Origin: an uncultured delta proteobacterium
GTDB taxonomy: Bacteria; Desulfobacterota; Binatia; Bin18
Length of the DNA stretch: 64,000 nt
Reading direction: 5' to 3'
NCBI GenBank assembly: GCA_963733195.1
Contig: CAVTCR010000074.1
Location: 64,001 to 128,000 of the forward strand
This document shows positions 49,573-59,549 of this stretch, one piece after another (position 1 is the first letter of the stretch; the number at the start of each line of letters is the position of its first letter). The notes beneath the pieces were generated by a model that saw only the letters and a program-made list of their open reading frames with translations, searched no databases and had not been told where the DNA came from. Made by a program: the position numbers and the translations under genes.

Positions 49573-50481
49573 TCAGAGTGCCGTTCCCTTTGTTGGAGAA
49601 GGGTGGGTGCGAGAGGGTCCGTACAACTGTTCCCCGTCGCGGTGCCCTTTCTTATACCAGTAGATTCGGTTCAGAGCGAACAGGGGGTAACGACACAGCG
49701 CCACAAACTCGCGCTTTTGCCATAACTCACGTATGGTTTTATGGCTGCGTCCAATCATCGCGGCAAGTGAGGACTGCGATGGCGAGGATGCGGCTTGTGG
49801 ATCAGGTACCTTGTGTCGTAAGGCGAGATATTGCCCCATCAGTCCCTCCTCATACCAGCGTCTCCGCCAGTAACGAAGCAATGGCGGGTGGCTATGGAAC
49901 ACGCTCGCATCGTGGACGTACCGAATAATGTACGGTGCCGGAAGCGTATAGGCCCACAGAAAATCTTCTCCTGAAGATGTTTCTTCATCGAACGGGACAT
50001 CCTGCCACACACTTTTCCGCACCGCACTATTGGCATTGGAGAACGACGCCCGGACGGTGTTGTCAGCTTGGAGCGTATACGACTGCTCCAATTCTCGCTC
50101 TTCGAGCGGATTTACTCCTGGTATGGGCTTCTGTCGGCCATAGGTCGCCACTACCAGTGCGTTATTCGTGAATGGGGTTACCAATTCTCGCAACCAGGAA
50201 CGAGAACACGGCACACAGTGGGCCGAGAGAAACACAACATATTCACCATGAGCTAATGAGGCTCCGTGATTGAGCGCAAAACCGAATGTGAACTCGCCCG
50301 TAGGGATTTCCTCCAGTCGTACCGGAAAGCCACGCACAATCTCCACTGTCCGGTCTTTCGACCCTGAGTCTAGTACGATCACCTCATACTGTTCAGTAAA
50401 CTCCTGCTCCAAAACCCTTTGTAGCACTGAGCCGATGAAGTGCTCTTCATTTTTGCTGCGAATGACAATCGATACCCTCAT
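49573..50481 (-). CDS. GT2 glycosyltransferase (rhamnosyltransferase-like)
   Basis: SIVIRSKNE, DSGS.D.T, F.FG..LN.G, YGRQ, F.E...GED..W, V.HSH. Confidence 0.88.
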   Translation of the reverse strand: MRVSIVIRSKNEEHFIGSVLQRVLEQEFTEQYEVIVLDSGSKDRTVEIVRGFPVRLEEIPTGEFTFGFALNHGASLAHGEYVVFLSAHCVPCSRSWLRELVTPFTNNALVVATYGRQKPIPGVNPLEERELEQSYTLQADNTVRASFSNANSAVRKSVWQDVPFDEETSSGEDFLWAYTLPAPYIIRYVHDASVFHSHPPLLRYWRRRWYEEGLMGQYLALRHKVPDPQAASSPSQSSLAAMIGRSHKTIRELWQKREFVALCRYPLFALNRIYWYKKGHRDGEQLYGPSRTHPSPTKGTAL

Positions 50482-50518
50482 GGCCAACATCCGCAGAACA
50501 GGAAACATGCGACTCGCT

Positions 50519-51250
50519 TCACAGCGGTTTCTTAAACAAAGTCACGCAATCCTGATTTGGGGTATCCCAATCAATAATTTGGGATTTGACAACTTCAAGT
50601 CCTTCTTTGGCGCAGTAGTGGTGAAAAAGGTTTTGTGACATAAAGTTTCTCCACCCAGGATTGTCATGAATATTCCCTGTGGGATTCTTGTCGTAGTTCG
50701 AGTAGTGGCAAAACCCGTATCCACCAGGCTTCAGAACACGGTAGAAGTCGTGCAAATACGAACGAACAACATCACTGTCAAAATGGCCCATCGCATCGAA
50801 ACAATAGACCAGAGAGACTTCACCACTCGGAATACCGCTCAACGTAAAGCCGTCATTCTGGATGTAAGTGATTTTCTTCTCTGTGGCAAAGCGTTGCTGG
50901 CAAAAGCGAATGTTATCTGCATTGATGTCAACCAGGTAGAGTTTCTTAGCTAACTCTAAAAGCTTTCTTGTGTTGCGACCATGACCGGCCGCCAAATCAA
51001 CCACACAGGAAAAGTCACACCCCTGAATAAACGGCCAGACCGTTTGGCTCCACGCCTGCTCGATCCACTGCTCCGCAGACTCGTAATAGTCTAAAGCAAC
51101 ACGAGAGTGTCCCTTCCAGTCTTCTCCGACTTCCCCTGCCCATTTCGTCAGACGTTCTCGATCTGGAAGAAAACTCGTGAGAGAATGCTCAACAGTAGAG
51201 GTTTTGAGCTTTTGCTTGCTTCTACTCCACAAACCACGTAAACGTCTCAT
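50519..51250 (-). CDS. Class I SAM-dependent methyltransferase
   Basis: VVDLAAGHGR, LVDI, RVLKPGG. Confidence 0.88.
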   Translation of the reverse strand: MRRLRGLWSRSKQKLKTSTVEHSLTSFLPDRERLTKWAGEVGEDWKGHSRVALDYYESAEQWIEQAWSQTVWPFIQGCDFSCVVDLAAGHGRNTRKLLELAKKLYLVDINADNIRFCQQRFATEKKITYIQNDGFTLSGIPSGEVSLVYCFDAMGHFDSDVVRSYLHDFYRVLKPGGYGFCHYSNYDKNPTGNIHDNPGWRNFMSQNLFHHYCAKEGLEVVKSQIIDWDTPNQDCVTLFKKPL

Positions 51251-51966
51251 GCAGATTTTTCCCTATCCTCGATCATCCCCCGACCCTGCCAACCAGAAAG
51301 GCCATTGATGTGCTCCCTGTTTCGCACGAGCGGCGTGTCCAGTTCGGCAGGGTGAGACAAGGTATGGTGGTCTCTCTCGGTTCCGCTCTGTGACGAAGGA
51401 GCGAACCGTAAGAGCCGTAAGCCACCCCACACGACCGGCTTTCCCATGTGAATGTCCTCTGTTCTCGTCGCATCTAACGAGAGCAGGCCACAGTCTATGA
51501 ATGGGAGGTGTTTGCACGCTTCATCGATCGCCTCTTGGACTTCAAAGTAGTGGACATCATGAAAAAGCACATAACTGCCTTCATGCACGAAAGGGCTCAC
51601 CGCCTCGATATCGCGTAGCACCCCACTATAGGTGTGATCTCCGTCTACAAAGATGAAATCAAAAGGCGACCCAAGCAATTCATGAGCCTTCGTAACTGCC
51701 TCCGGAGAAGCGGCGCTGAGGAAAGAAACTCGATGTGAGAGGTGTGCGAAGTGGTCCGGGGTAACCTGCGGAGCCGGATCAACACAGACGAGTCGTCCAC
51801 TTCCCACAGCATCCATAGCCGCACAGATGATCATCGCCGCGCCTCCTTGAGCTGTACCAATTTCCAAGACGGAGGCAGGCCGCAACCCATAGATAAGGGA
51901 GTACAAGAGAAATCGCTCTGGCATCGTTAAGTGTGCAGGGGCATCATAAATGATCTGGACTGACAT
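51247..51966 (-). CDS. Class I SAM-dependent O-methyltransferase (Methyltransf_24-like)
   Basis: LEIGT..GG, VDP, FVDGDHTY, FHD. Confidence 0.88.
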   Translation of the reverse strand: MSVQIIYDAPAHLTMPERFLLYSLIYGLRPASVLEIGTAQGGAAMIICAAMDAVGSGRLVCVDPAPQVTPDHFAHLSHRVSFLSAASPEAVTKAHELLGSPFDFIFVDGDHTYSGVLRDIEAVSPFVHEGSYVLFHDVHYFEVQEAIDEACKHLPFIDCGLLSLDATRTEDIHMGKPVVWGGLRLLRFAPSSQSGTERDHHTLSHPAELDTPLVRNREHINGLSGWQGRGMIEDREKSA

Positions 51967-52006
51967 CTCACTTTCCTTTTGCTGGTAGGACGATTCTCCT
52001 CATGGC

Positions 52007-54475
52007 CTACGCAGTGAATCGTGCCCCGATCCGCAGAGCCTTTTTGAATGCCTGTTTAAGAACCGGAGAGCGCAAGACTTGCCGAGCAACCCAGGTGCTC
52101 CGCACCCGATTCACGAACCGCCCACCAATTTCATAGTCGCGCCAGGAGATTCCATTGCCATTCGAGAGGAAATGGGCGGCGTTCGCTTGGGATGTCACGA
52201 CCAGCTCGTTGCAGCGCCGCTCTAAGTTCTCGATATAGTCCCGTTGCGAAGTGATATAGCGATACTGATCCTCCCATGCCTCCCCTAATGTACGGATCTC
52301 TGCCTGTAATTGATCTCGATGCCGTTCCAAGGCCGCAACATATTCTTGCGACGGTTCACCCACTAGTTGTGCGGGTTGAAACCAGTTCCGCCCCGGTCCA
52401 TTAGCATTCTGGAGGTTGAAAAGTTCGACGCCCCATTCTCGGTAACGCTCCGGATGATGCTGAGTCAGCAAATCATATAGATAAAGAAATTGGTCACGAT
52501 TAGCACTGCGGAACATCGAGCCAGCGCGAATACGATACCGGACCAACGGATAGGGCAAGCTCACCGTCACGCCCCCCATGTCAAGCATCGCCAGCCAAGC
52601 TTCATAGTCCTCGAAATTGTACTCAAAGTTTGCGGCATTACGCGCCGCCCGCAAAAACGCAGTCCGCCGGACAACCGCGATAATCGCAATCATATTATGA
52701 CCAAGCTGATAGGGAAATTCCCCGTTCCACGTCGGCCACAAGTCATTTGCTTCGCCAAAGAAACGCAACCAGGAACACACGATGGAGACGTTCGCGTAGC
52801 GTTGCATGACCTCAACGGACCGCTGAAAAAAATCGGGGCCGACGATATCATCGGCATCAACGAGTGCCACGAATTCCCCACGTGCAGACTCTGCGCCAAC
52901 TTGACGGGCGGAAGCTAACCCTTGATTCTCAGTATGAATGACCCGAAGGTGTGGCAGGCGTCGACTTTCGAGTTCGTGGAGAACCGCTAGACTCTTCGGC
53001 TCTGTGCTGCCATCATCAATAATAAGAATTTCACAGGGAGTATAGGTTGATGCGAGAACGCTCTCGACCGTTTCTGGCAAGTAGTCACCGAGGTTATAAA
53101 AGGGGATGATAACGGACAGCAACCCAGCTTGCTCAGGGTCGCCCGCCGGAGCTGCCGCACTCGTAGGCTGGGCACTCGCCGAGAGTGTGTCTGGAACCAC
53201 ATTCACCGCCGGAAACATGCGCCGAGGGGCATGCTGAGCAATGACCGCCTCATAATGCCGCAGCCGCTGGGAGAGGATGACCTCAGGATCGCAGAGGGAA
53301 CGAATGCGAGCTTGGGCATTCTGCGCAATGGCGTGATGCTCTTCCTCACTCAGCGCCAGGACTCTCTTTAACTGTTGTTCGAAGTGCCCAGGCGTATCCC
53401 AGTCGAACAGAAAACCGTTTACACCATCGCGTTCGATCAGTTCGGCTTGCCCACCAAACTGCGAAGCGAGCACGACTTGGCCCATCCCCATCGCTTCCAT
53501 TGTGACATAGGAACAGCTTTCCCATAATGACGCGACCACCAGTGCCCATGACTGTTGAACCTGGTTCCACATTTCCTCGTCGCTCTCAATTTTTCCCGTA
53601 AACCGCAGACGACCGGCGTCAACCCATCGTGCATAACGCTCGCGCAAATACGCTCCAACCGTGGTTCCTTTGGGCCAAAAATCCGCATCGCTACCGATAA
53701 AGGTCAGAACAAAATCTTCTCCGGCTGCCCACAGACGGCTACACGCCTTGACCAGCGGGAGAACACCTTTGAGTACCTGTACGCGCCCGACCGCAACCAA
53801 ATGACGTGGTTGCACTTTTTGTGGAGCAACAGTCCGCCACGATAGCATTGGATGGGGCAGGATGTTCACATCAAGAGAACGACCAAGAGCGTGCTCAATT
53901 CGTTGCACGGCAAAGCGGGTCGGCGCATGCAAAGCGTCGGCAGCCGCGATGCAGAACTTTTCCATCTGCCCCTCCCAATATTCCGGGAAGCGATAGCGTG
54001 GTACTTGATTGACCCGTGACAGTTCAAACGAGGGGCTGTGGAGGTGCACAAGAATCGGAATATTTTTGAGCGGCGTATTCTCGGTCAACTTGCGCTGCAA
54101 CAGAAAATACGGAATCGCCACGTACTCTTGTGATTCAATGATATCGGGCGGTGGCAGGTGCTGCAAGAGTTTCACCACTTCCTCAGCTAATTGATAACTG
54201 AAGGCTGGCCAGTGTGCGAAGATGTTGTAGGGATACGCCGGGTGTGTATCTGGTTGCCCTCCTGGGTTCAGTTCATTCAACAGGGAGTCTCGTGGAACGA
54301 CACCAATCAATCGTACTCCGGGGGCAAGCATGGTGTCACACGGCTTCCGCATGTGAGCTAGAATCACGACTTCGTGTCCCGCAGCCCCAAGAACGCGCGC
54401 CCAGGTATCAACGTACCGTGCGATTCCCGCTGAAATTTCTTGAGGGATTTCTGAAGTCAACAACCAAATCCGCAT
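52007..54475 (-). CDS. GT4-GT2 fusion glycosyltransferase with C-terminal coiled coil
   Basis: GT-B part (GIARY, WES..YV.MEAM), GT-A part (SVIIPFYN, DDGS, DADD, EDY), heptad tail. Confidence 0.88.
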   Translation of the reverse strand: MRIWLLTSEIPQEISAGIARYVDTWARVLGAAGHEVVILAHMRKPCDTMLAPGVRLIGVVPRDSLLNELNPGGQPDTHPAYPYNIFAHWPAFSYQLAEEVVKLLQHLPPPDIIESQEYVAIPYFLLQRKLTENTPLKNIPILVHLHSPSFELSRVNQVPRYRFPEYWEGQMEKFCIAAADALHAPTRFAVQRIEHALGRSLDVNILPHPMLSWRTVAPQKVQPRHLVAVGRVQVLKGVLPLVKACSRLWAAGEDFVLTFIGSDADFWPKGTTVGAYLRERYARWVDAGRLRFTGKIESDEEMWNQVQQSWALVVASLWESCSYVTMEAMGMGQVVLASQFGGQAELIERDGVNGFLFDWDTPGHFEQQLKRVLALSEEEHHAIAQNAQARIRSLCDPEVILSQRLRHYEAVIAQHAPRRMFPAVNVVPDTLSASAQPTSAAAPAGDPEQAGLLSVIIPFYNLGDYLPETVESVLASTYTPCEILIIDDGSTEPKSLAVLHELESRRLPHLRVIHTENQGLASARQVGAESARGEFVALVDADDIVGPDFFQRSVEVMQRYANVSIVCSWLRFFGEANDLWPTWNGEFPYQLGHNMIAIIAVVRRTAFLRAARNAANFEYNFEDYEAWLAMLDMGGVTVSLPYPLVRYRIRAGSMFRSANRDQFLYLYDLLTQHHPERYREWGVELFNLQNANGPGRNWFQPAQLVGEPSQEYVAALERHRDQLQAEIRTLGEAWEDQYRYITSQRDYIENLERRCNELVVTSQANAAHFLSNGNGISWRDYEIGGRFVNRVRSTWVARQVLRSPVLKQAFKKALRIGARFTA

Positions 54476-54477
54476 GC

Positions 54478-57148
54478 CTATTCCTTTGCTTGATGAAGTA
54501 TGAGTCGGGATCGTATACGTAACCCGATCCGACGGGCAAGTCGCCCGAGTCGTTCTGGGAGTCGTCGCTGAAGTTCAACTCTCAACGCGTCACCCTCAGT
54601 AGCAAGCCGCTCCGTCTCTACCACGAGCCGTGCGCGTTCTTGTTCGAGATCCGTAATGTAACGTTGCTGATTCTCAATATGACGTTGCTGATTCTCAATA
54701 TGACGTTGCTGATTCTCAATGTGGGCTTTTTGCTCTTCCCACGATTTCCCTACCCGTTGTGAATCTGCCCATATTTGATCCTTCATCTGCTCCAGCTCTT
54801 GAATATACCGATATTGGTCCTCCCACGCCTTTCCCACCCGTTGCGCATCTGCCCATATTTGATCCTTCATTTGCTCTACCTCACGAATATAGGCAAGCTG
54901 GCGTTCGCTCTGCGCGTCAAGCGCAACGACACGGCGATGCCATTCAGCAAGGGCGTCAAGCGCATACTGCAGAGCTTTGGGTTCCTGTTTGCTCGCCGGT
55001 CGCTCGGCATAATGGTGGAGGGCATCCTGCCGCGCAAGCAGTGTCTCATCCACCTCGCGCTTAAATCGAAAGGCATGAGAGGCATTTTGTTGATGCCATC
55101 GATACAACAACAGCGGTTGGCTAATGAAACCAACATTTCCTTCCGCACATAGTTTCATCCACATGACATAATCACAAGCAAATCCCAACCGTTCATCAAA
55201 TTGTCCGATTTTTAACAAGTGTGCACGCCGTACCACTACCGCAGGCGCACAAATGCGATTGCGAAAGAGAAGCTGGTAAAAATAAGCCTTCCCAGCAATG
55301 ACACAATCGTCCACGGCATTGTCGATCCAGTCGATAGGTGGGTTCGGTGCCGCCGCCTCGATAAGAAACTCAACTGGAGGAGTGGACGAAAGCAATCGTT
55401 GGATCGGCGGCCAGCATCTCCACCTTTCTCGCTAGGTTTTCCGGTAACATGATATCATCCTGATGAAAGATACAAATATACTCGCCACGAGCTAAAGAGA
55501 GGCAGCGATTCCAGTTTCCAGGAATCCCGAGCTGTGTCTCGTTCTGGTAGATAGCAATACGGGGGTCGGTAAATGAACGAGCGATATCGAGCGTTGTGTC
55601 GGTCGATCCGTCATCGACAATCAATAATTCAAAATCCCTGAAGCTTTGCGAGAGAACACTCTCGATCGCCTCGGTCAAGAATGCTGCGCCGTTATAGGTA
55701 GGAATGCAGACACTCACAGAGATAGACTTCATCTCTTCGATCTGACGGCAGACAACGCTTTCTTTCCCTTCAGGAAGCGTCTGGAAAGTCTCGACACCTT
55801 GCTTACCTTCCTCTTTTGCAAAGGGGGGTTGAGAGGGGTCTTCGCATTGCGACGACAGAATCCCCTCACGCTGCGCATTTCCCTCTTTTTCCAAAGGAGG
55901 GAAATAAAGCTGCCCTTTCCGCTGTGTAATCACCTCTCCATAGATGTCCTCTATCTCGCTCGCATATTTTTCTATCGTCTTCACCGGCGGGACGGCCCTC
56001 CGTAAGCGCTCCAGGAATCCGGTATCCTTAATGCAGCGGGTGAGACAGCGTTGCAGATCTGCTGCATTCTCCGGCTCGAAGAGCAAACCATTAACACCAT
56101 CTTGGATGGCCTCAGTCAGCGCTCCCCGTCGTGCGGCAATCACCGGCATCCCAGCAAAAAAGGCTTCACGGACCAGAATTGAGAAGGTCTCCTCCCAGAT
56201 CATTGGCATGACTAAGACATCATGCCGCATCAAGATGTCACCAAGTTGGTCATGAGTATACGTTCCGCAGAATTTCACCGGGAGTTCTTTCGCGGTCTCG
56301 TGGAGTTGCGCGATGTATGTCGCCCACTGTGACCATTCGAGACCGTAGAGAGACACTTCCACAGCCTCGCTCGGCAGCCCCTTGAGTGCTTCGAGCAACA
56401 CGTGTGCACCTTTATGCGGGGCGAGGACTCCAACGTAGAGAATCCGTAATGGGGTACCAGATGGACGCGGAGAGCGTTCCTGTGTGACCCCTGGCACCGC
56501 CTTCACTCCAAGTGGGACCGCCCGCAACCGATCGGTCAAGAACGGGAAATATCCTCGCATCTTGTCAGCAAGAAAGACTGACGGCGTTATCACGACATCC
56601 GGGGCGTGCACTACCCTTTCCATGTCCGTAAACCGCTGACGGGCTTCCTCAGCCGAAGCCGACTCTTGCAGACACGCCACACACCGCTCACCCCGCTCCG
56701 GACCAGGACAAAGCCTCTGCTGCGCGTCCAGTAAATGCACGCGATGACAGGCAAAGAAAAAATCGTGCAAGCTCAGGACGGTCGGATAGCCAAGGGCTGG
56801 GGTAAGGCGGAGCAGACTTACAGAAAGATGTTGGGTGTGTTGGAAATGAACAATTTCGGGACGGACACGTTCCAACAGTTGGAGGAACGGACGATTGAGC
56901 CAAGGATTGTCATACAGCAGGCGAAACGAACCACTCCGCGTGTAGTTGTTCACTATACGGACTACTGGAAGGCCGCCAAACGTCTCGTCATGGACGGTTC
57001 CTTCCTCGGCGGTCGCGTCATACACCCGCGTTATGATACTCACCTCGTGTCCACGCTGTTGTAAAGCTTGCGACAGATGAAGCGTGACTAATTCCGTTCC
57101 CGTCCACTCATTCGGCGGGAAGCCGTGCACAACTTGTAAAATGCGCAT
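54478..57148 (-). CDS. GT4-GT2 fusion glycosyltransferase with repeat-built coiled-coil tail; +1 frameshift near 55378
   Basis: GT4 domain, linker, GT2 (SVCIPTYN, DDGS, HQDD); FVHS joins SVEFLI...FDERL..D...LYR.H after removing one C. Confidence 0.85.
54661..54888. repeat. In-frame tandem repeats: 3 x 21 nt and 2 x 84 nt
   Basis: ACGTTGCTGATTCTCAATATG three times, one mismatch in the third copy (54661-54723; HIENQQR); ATCTGCCCATATTTGATCCTTCAT at 54763 and 54847 (28-aa repeat). Confidence 0.92.
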
Positions 57149-57155
57149 AGAGTGC

Positions 57156-59453
57156 TTATCTCCGTTTCACCTGCTCTTGAAAGGACAGACGCCGTACGAG
57201 CCACCGTGGCAATCGTTCGACTTGCTCACCTAACCAATAGCCTATATTTCCCGCAAGATGCCAGTTCACTGCCGGTCCCGCCCACTGCTTTAGCACCTCA
57301 GCCTTACTGTACCCCTTCTGCCGCCGCCAAAATAGCAAATCCAACTTGGCGACCCGTAACGCGCCAGTCAGACACTCTTGCAACGATCGCTGTGGAGGGT
57401 CACCAAACAATTTGTGCATCGCTACCGCGTGCTCGAAGTGACGACAGAAGTTCGTCCACGGCCCGTAGCTGTGGGAATGTATCACAATCGAATCTGCCGC
57501 ATAGGCCGTCTTGCACCCTGCTTTCAGTACTTGATCAGCCCAGGCTTGATCCTCAGCAAAGTCCACCTCAGGGAACGGAGAATGTTCCCAGAAAGAGCGA
57601 CGGAGCACCGCACTCGTATTAGCAAAGAACCGATACAGATATCGATTCCGTTCGTAATCAGGGTTATCGATCATCGCGTGTACGCGCGACTCGAGTTTGC
57701 CGTGGAACTCGTACTCAACAATCCGGTGCCATTCCATCGGATGACAATCGGGCCGTGGTATATGACGGCTGTAAACCCCAACAATACTTGGGTCGTGGCG
57801 TAACGGAGCGAGCAGATTGTGCAACCAGCGTTCATTCGCCGGAGTCGCATCTTGCGTGAGAAATACCAGCGTATCGCCGTGCGCATGTGAAGCTAACAAG
57901 TTGCGCGTTCGCCCATGTCCAAATTCCTGGGCAGGTATCTGCACAACAGTGACTCCGTATTGTTTCAAGATCTGCACCGTCTCGTCGCACGATCCAGAAT
58001 CTATGGCAATGATCTCTTGGAGTCGAAAGTCTCCTTGCTGCTTGCGAACGCCATCGAGAACTTCAGCAAGGTAACGTGCGCCATTTTTCGTGGGGATGAG
58101 GACGGATACAGCAGGCACAGCCTGCCCTACTCTGTCATTGGCCGACAGTGGCGCGATTGTGTAGGGCGGGCTATGCCCGCCAAACAGTTGCCGCGAAACC
58201 TCTGTGATGTCCCCCTGGCCCCGCTGCGAGTGAACTTCACGATAAATCTCTTCCATCTCTTCCGCATACTCATTCACCGTTTTAAACTGTGACTTGACAG
58301 AACGCAGTCTCTCGATGAGACCGGGCTCGTTTAAGAGTCGCAGTAAGCACCGTCGCAAATCCGCTACATTTTCGGGTTCGAATAACAGTCCATTCACGCC
58401 ATCTTTTATCACAGCTGGTAATGCACCACGTCGCGCAGCGATAACTGGAAGTCCGGCCGCAAGAGCCTCGCGCGCAACCAACGAGAAAGTCTCCTCGCAA
58501 ATCATAGGCATGACAAGCACATCATGAGCAGCCAGGATCTCGGCAAATTGCTCGTGCTGGTAACCCCCACAGAAGTGCACCGGAAGACCCGTGGCCTGCA
58601 TGCGCAGTTGATCAGCATATGGCTGCCAATAAGGTAAGACTGCACCATACAGGGAAGCTTCAACGGTACCAGCCGGAAGTTCTTTGAGGGCATCAACAAG
58701 AATATGTGCGCCTTTGGGAGGAAAGAGCAGTCCGCTATAGAGGAGACGCAGGGGTTTTCCCAATTGCCGTGGGCGAGGGTGAACCGAGGCGGGTTTGAGT
58801 CCCAAAGGGACAGCACGTATCTTGGGGTGCAATGCCGGGAAGTACTCAGCGATCTTCTCACTCAGAAATGTGGAAGGGGTGATGACTACCTGTGCAGCGT
58901 GCATCGACTGTTCCATTGTCGTAAAGCGATGATAGATGTCTTCTTGTGACGCAATCCCCTTGAGACAGGGAACACAGCGCTCACCACGTTCGGGTCCGGT
59001 ACACAACTTCCCTTGAGCATCAACCAGATGAATCCGCTGGCAAGGAAAAAAGAAGTCGTGCAAACTCAGGACAGTCTGATACCCCTGCGCGGCAGCAAGA
59101 GAAATGAGGCTCGCGGAAAAATGTGCAATATGCTGAAAATGAACAATATCTGGACGAACGCGCACTAAGAGCTTACGGAATAGTTCATCATAGAAAGGAT
59201 TATCGTAGAACAAACGAAAGGTTGTTGTCTGGGTATGGTTATTAACCACTCGCCACACTGCGACACCGCTATACTGCTCTTCGCGCATGGAAAATTCGTC
59301 AGCCGTCCGGTCTTCGGTGCGCGTGAGTACAGTGACATTATGTCCACGTTCCTGTAGCGCTTGAGATAGATGAAGCGTGACCAATTCGGTCCCAGCCCAG
59401 GCATCAGGAGGGAATCCGTGGACGATCTGGAGGATGCGCATTGGTTTGGTCAC
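57156..59453 (-). CDS. GT4-GT2 fusion glycosyltransferase
   Basis: GT4 domain closely paralogous to that of the downstream gene; GT2 (SVLIPTKN, DSGS.D, FGHG.TRN, TQDA, AED..W, HSH). Confidence 0.9.
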   Translation of the reverse strand: MTKPMRILQIVHGFPPDAWAGTELVTLHLSQALQERGHNVTVLTRTEDRTADEFSMREEQYSGVAVWRVVNNHTQTTTFRLFYDNPFYDELFRKLLVRVRPDIVHFQHIAHFSASLISLAAAQGYQTVLSLHDFFFPCQRIHLVDAQGKLCTGPERGERCVPCLKGIASQEDIYHRFTTMEQSMHAAQVVITPSTFLSEKIAEYFPALHPKIRAVPLGLKPASVHPRPRQLGKPLRLLYSGLLFPPKGAHILVDALKELPAGTVEASLYGAVLPYWQPYADQLRMQATGLPVHFCGGYQHEQFAEILAAHDVLVMPMICEETFSLVAREALAAGLPVIAARRGALPAVIKDGVNGLLFEPENVADLRRCLLRLLNEPGLIERLRSVKSQFKTVNEYAEEMEEIYREVHSQRGQGDITEVSRQLFGGHSPPYTIAPLSANDRVGQAVPAVSVLIPTKNGARYLAEVLDGVRKQQGDFRLQEIIAIDSGSCDETVQILKQYGVTVVQIPAQEFGHGRTRNLLASHAHGDTLVFLTQDATPANERWLHNLLAPLRHDPSIVGVYSRHIPRPDCHPMEWHRIVEYEFHGKLESRVHAMIDNPDYERNRYLYRFFANTSAVLRRSFWEHSPFPEVDFAEDQAWADQVLKAGCKTAYAADSIVIHSHSYGPWTNFCRHFEHAVAMHKLFGDPPQRSLQECLTGALRVAKLDLLFWRRQKGYSKAEVLKQWAGPAVNWHLAGNIGYWLGEQVERLPRWLVRRLSFQEQVKRR
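58111..58181. repeat. Inverted pair of GTAG-type REP sequences inside a coding linker
   Basis: GCAGGCACAGCCTGCCCTAC (58111-58130, reverse GTAG REP) and GTAGGGCGGGCTATGCCCGCC (58161-58181). Confidence 0.7.
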
Positions 59454-59549
59454 GCAGTCGGCATGAACTTCTCAGCGGCAGTGTCACGTGGACGAGTATT
59501 TGACTTTGCGGTAGTGACGTGCCGAGCTATGTTTTATACGAAAGTCGCT

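Noticed and set aside
54661-54888. CRISPR array
   Set aside because: Repeats are head-to-tail with no spacers, are multiples of three inside a CDS, and no cas genes are present.
4075-55385. Programmed ribosomal frameshifting or genome decay
   Set aside because: No shared slippery motif, unrelated genes are affected, and no other lesions are present; sequencing error is the simpler explanation.
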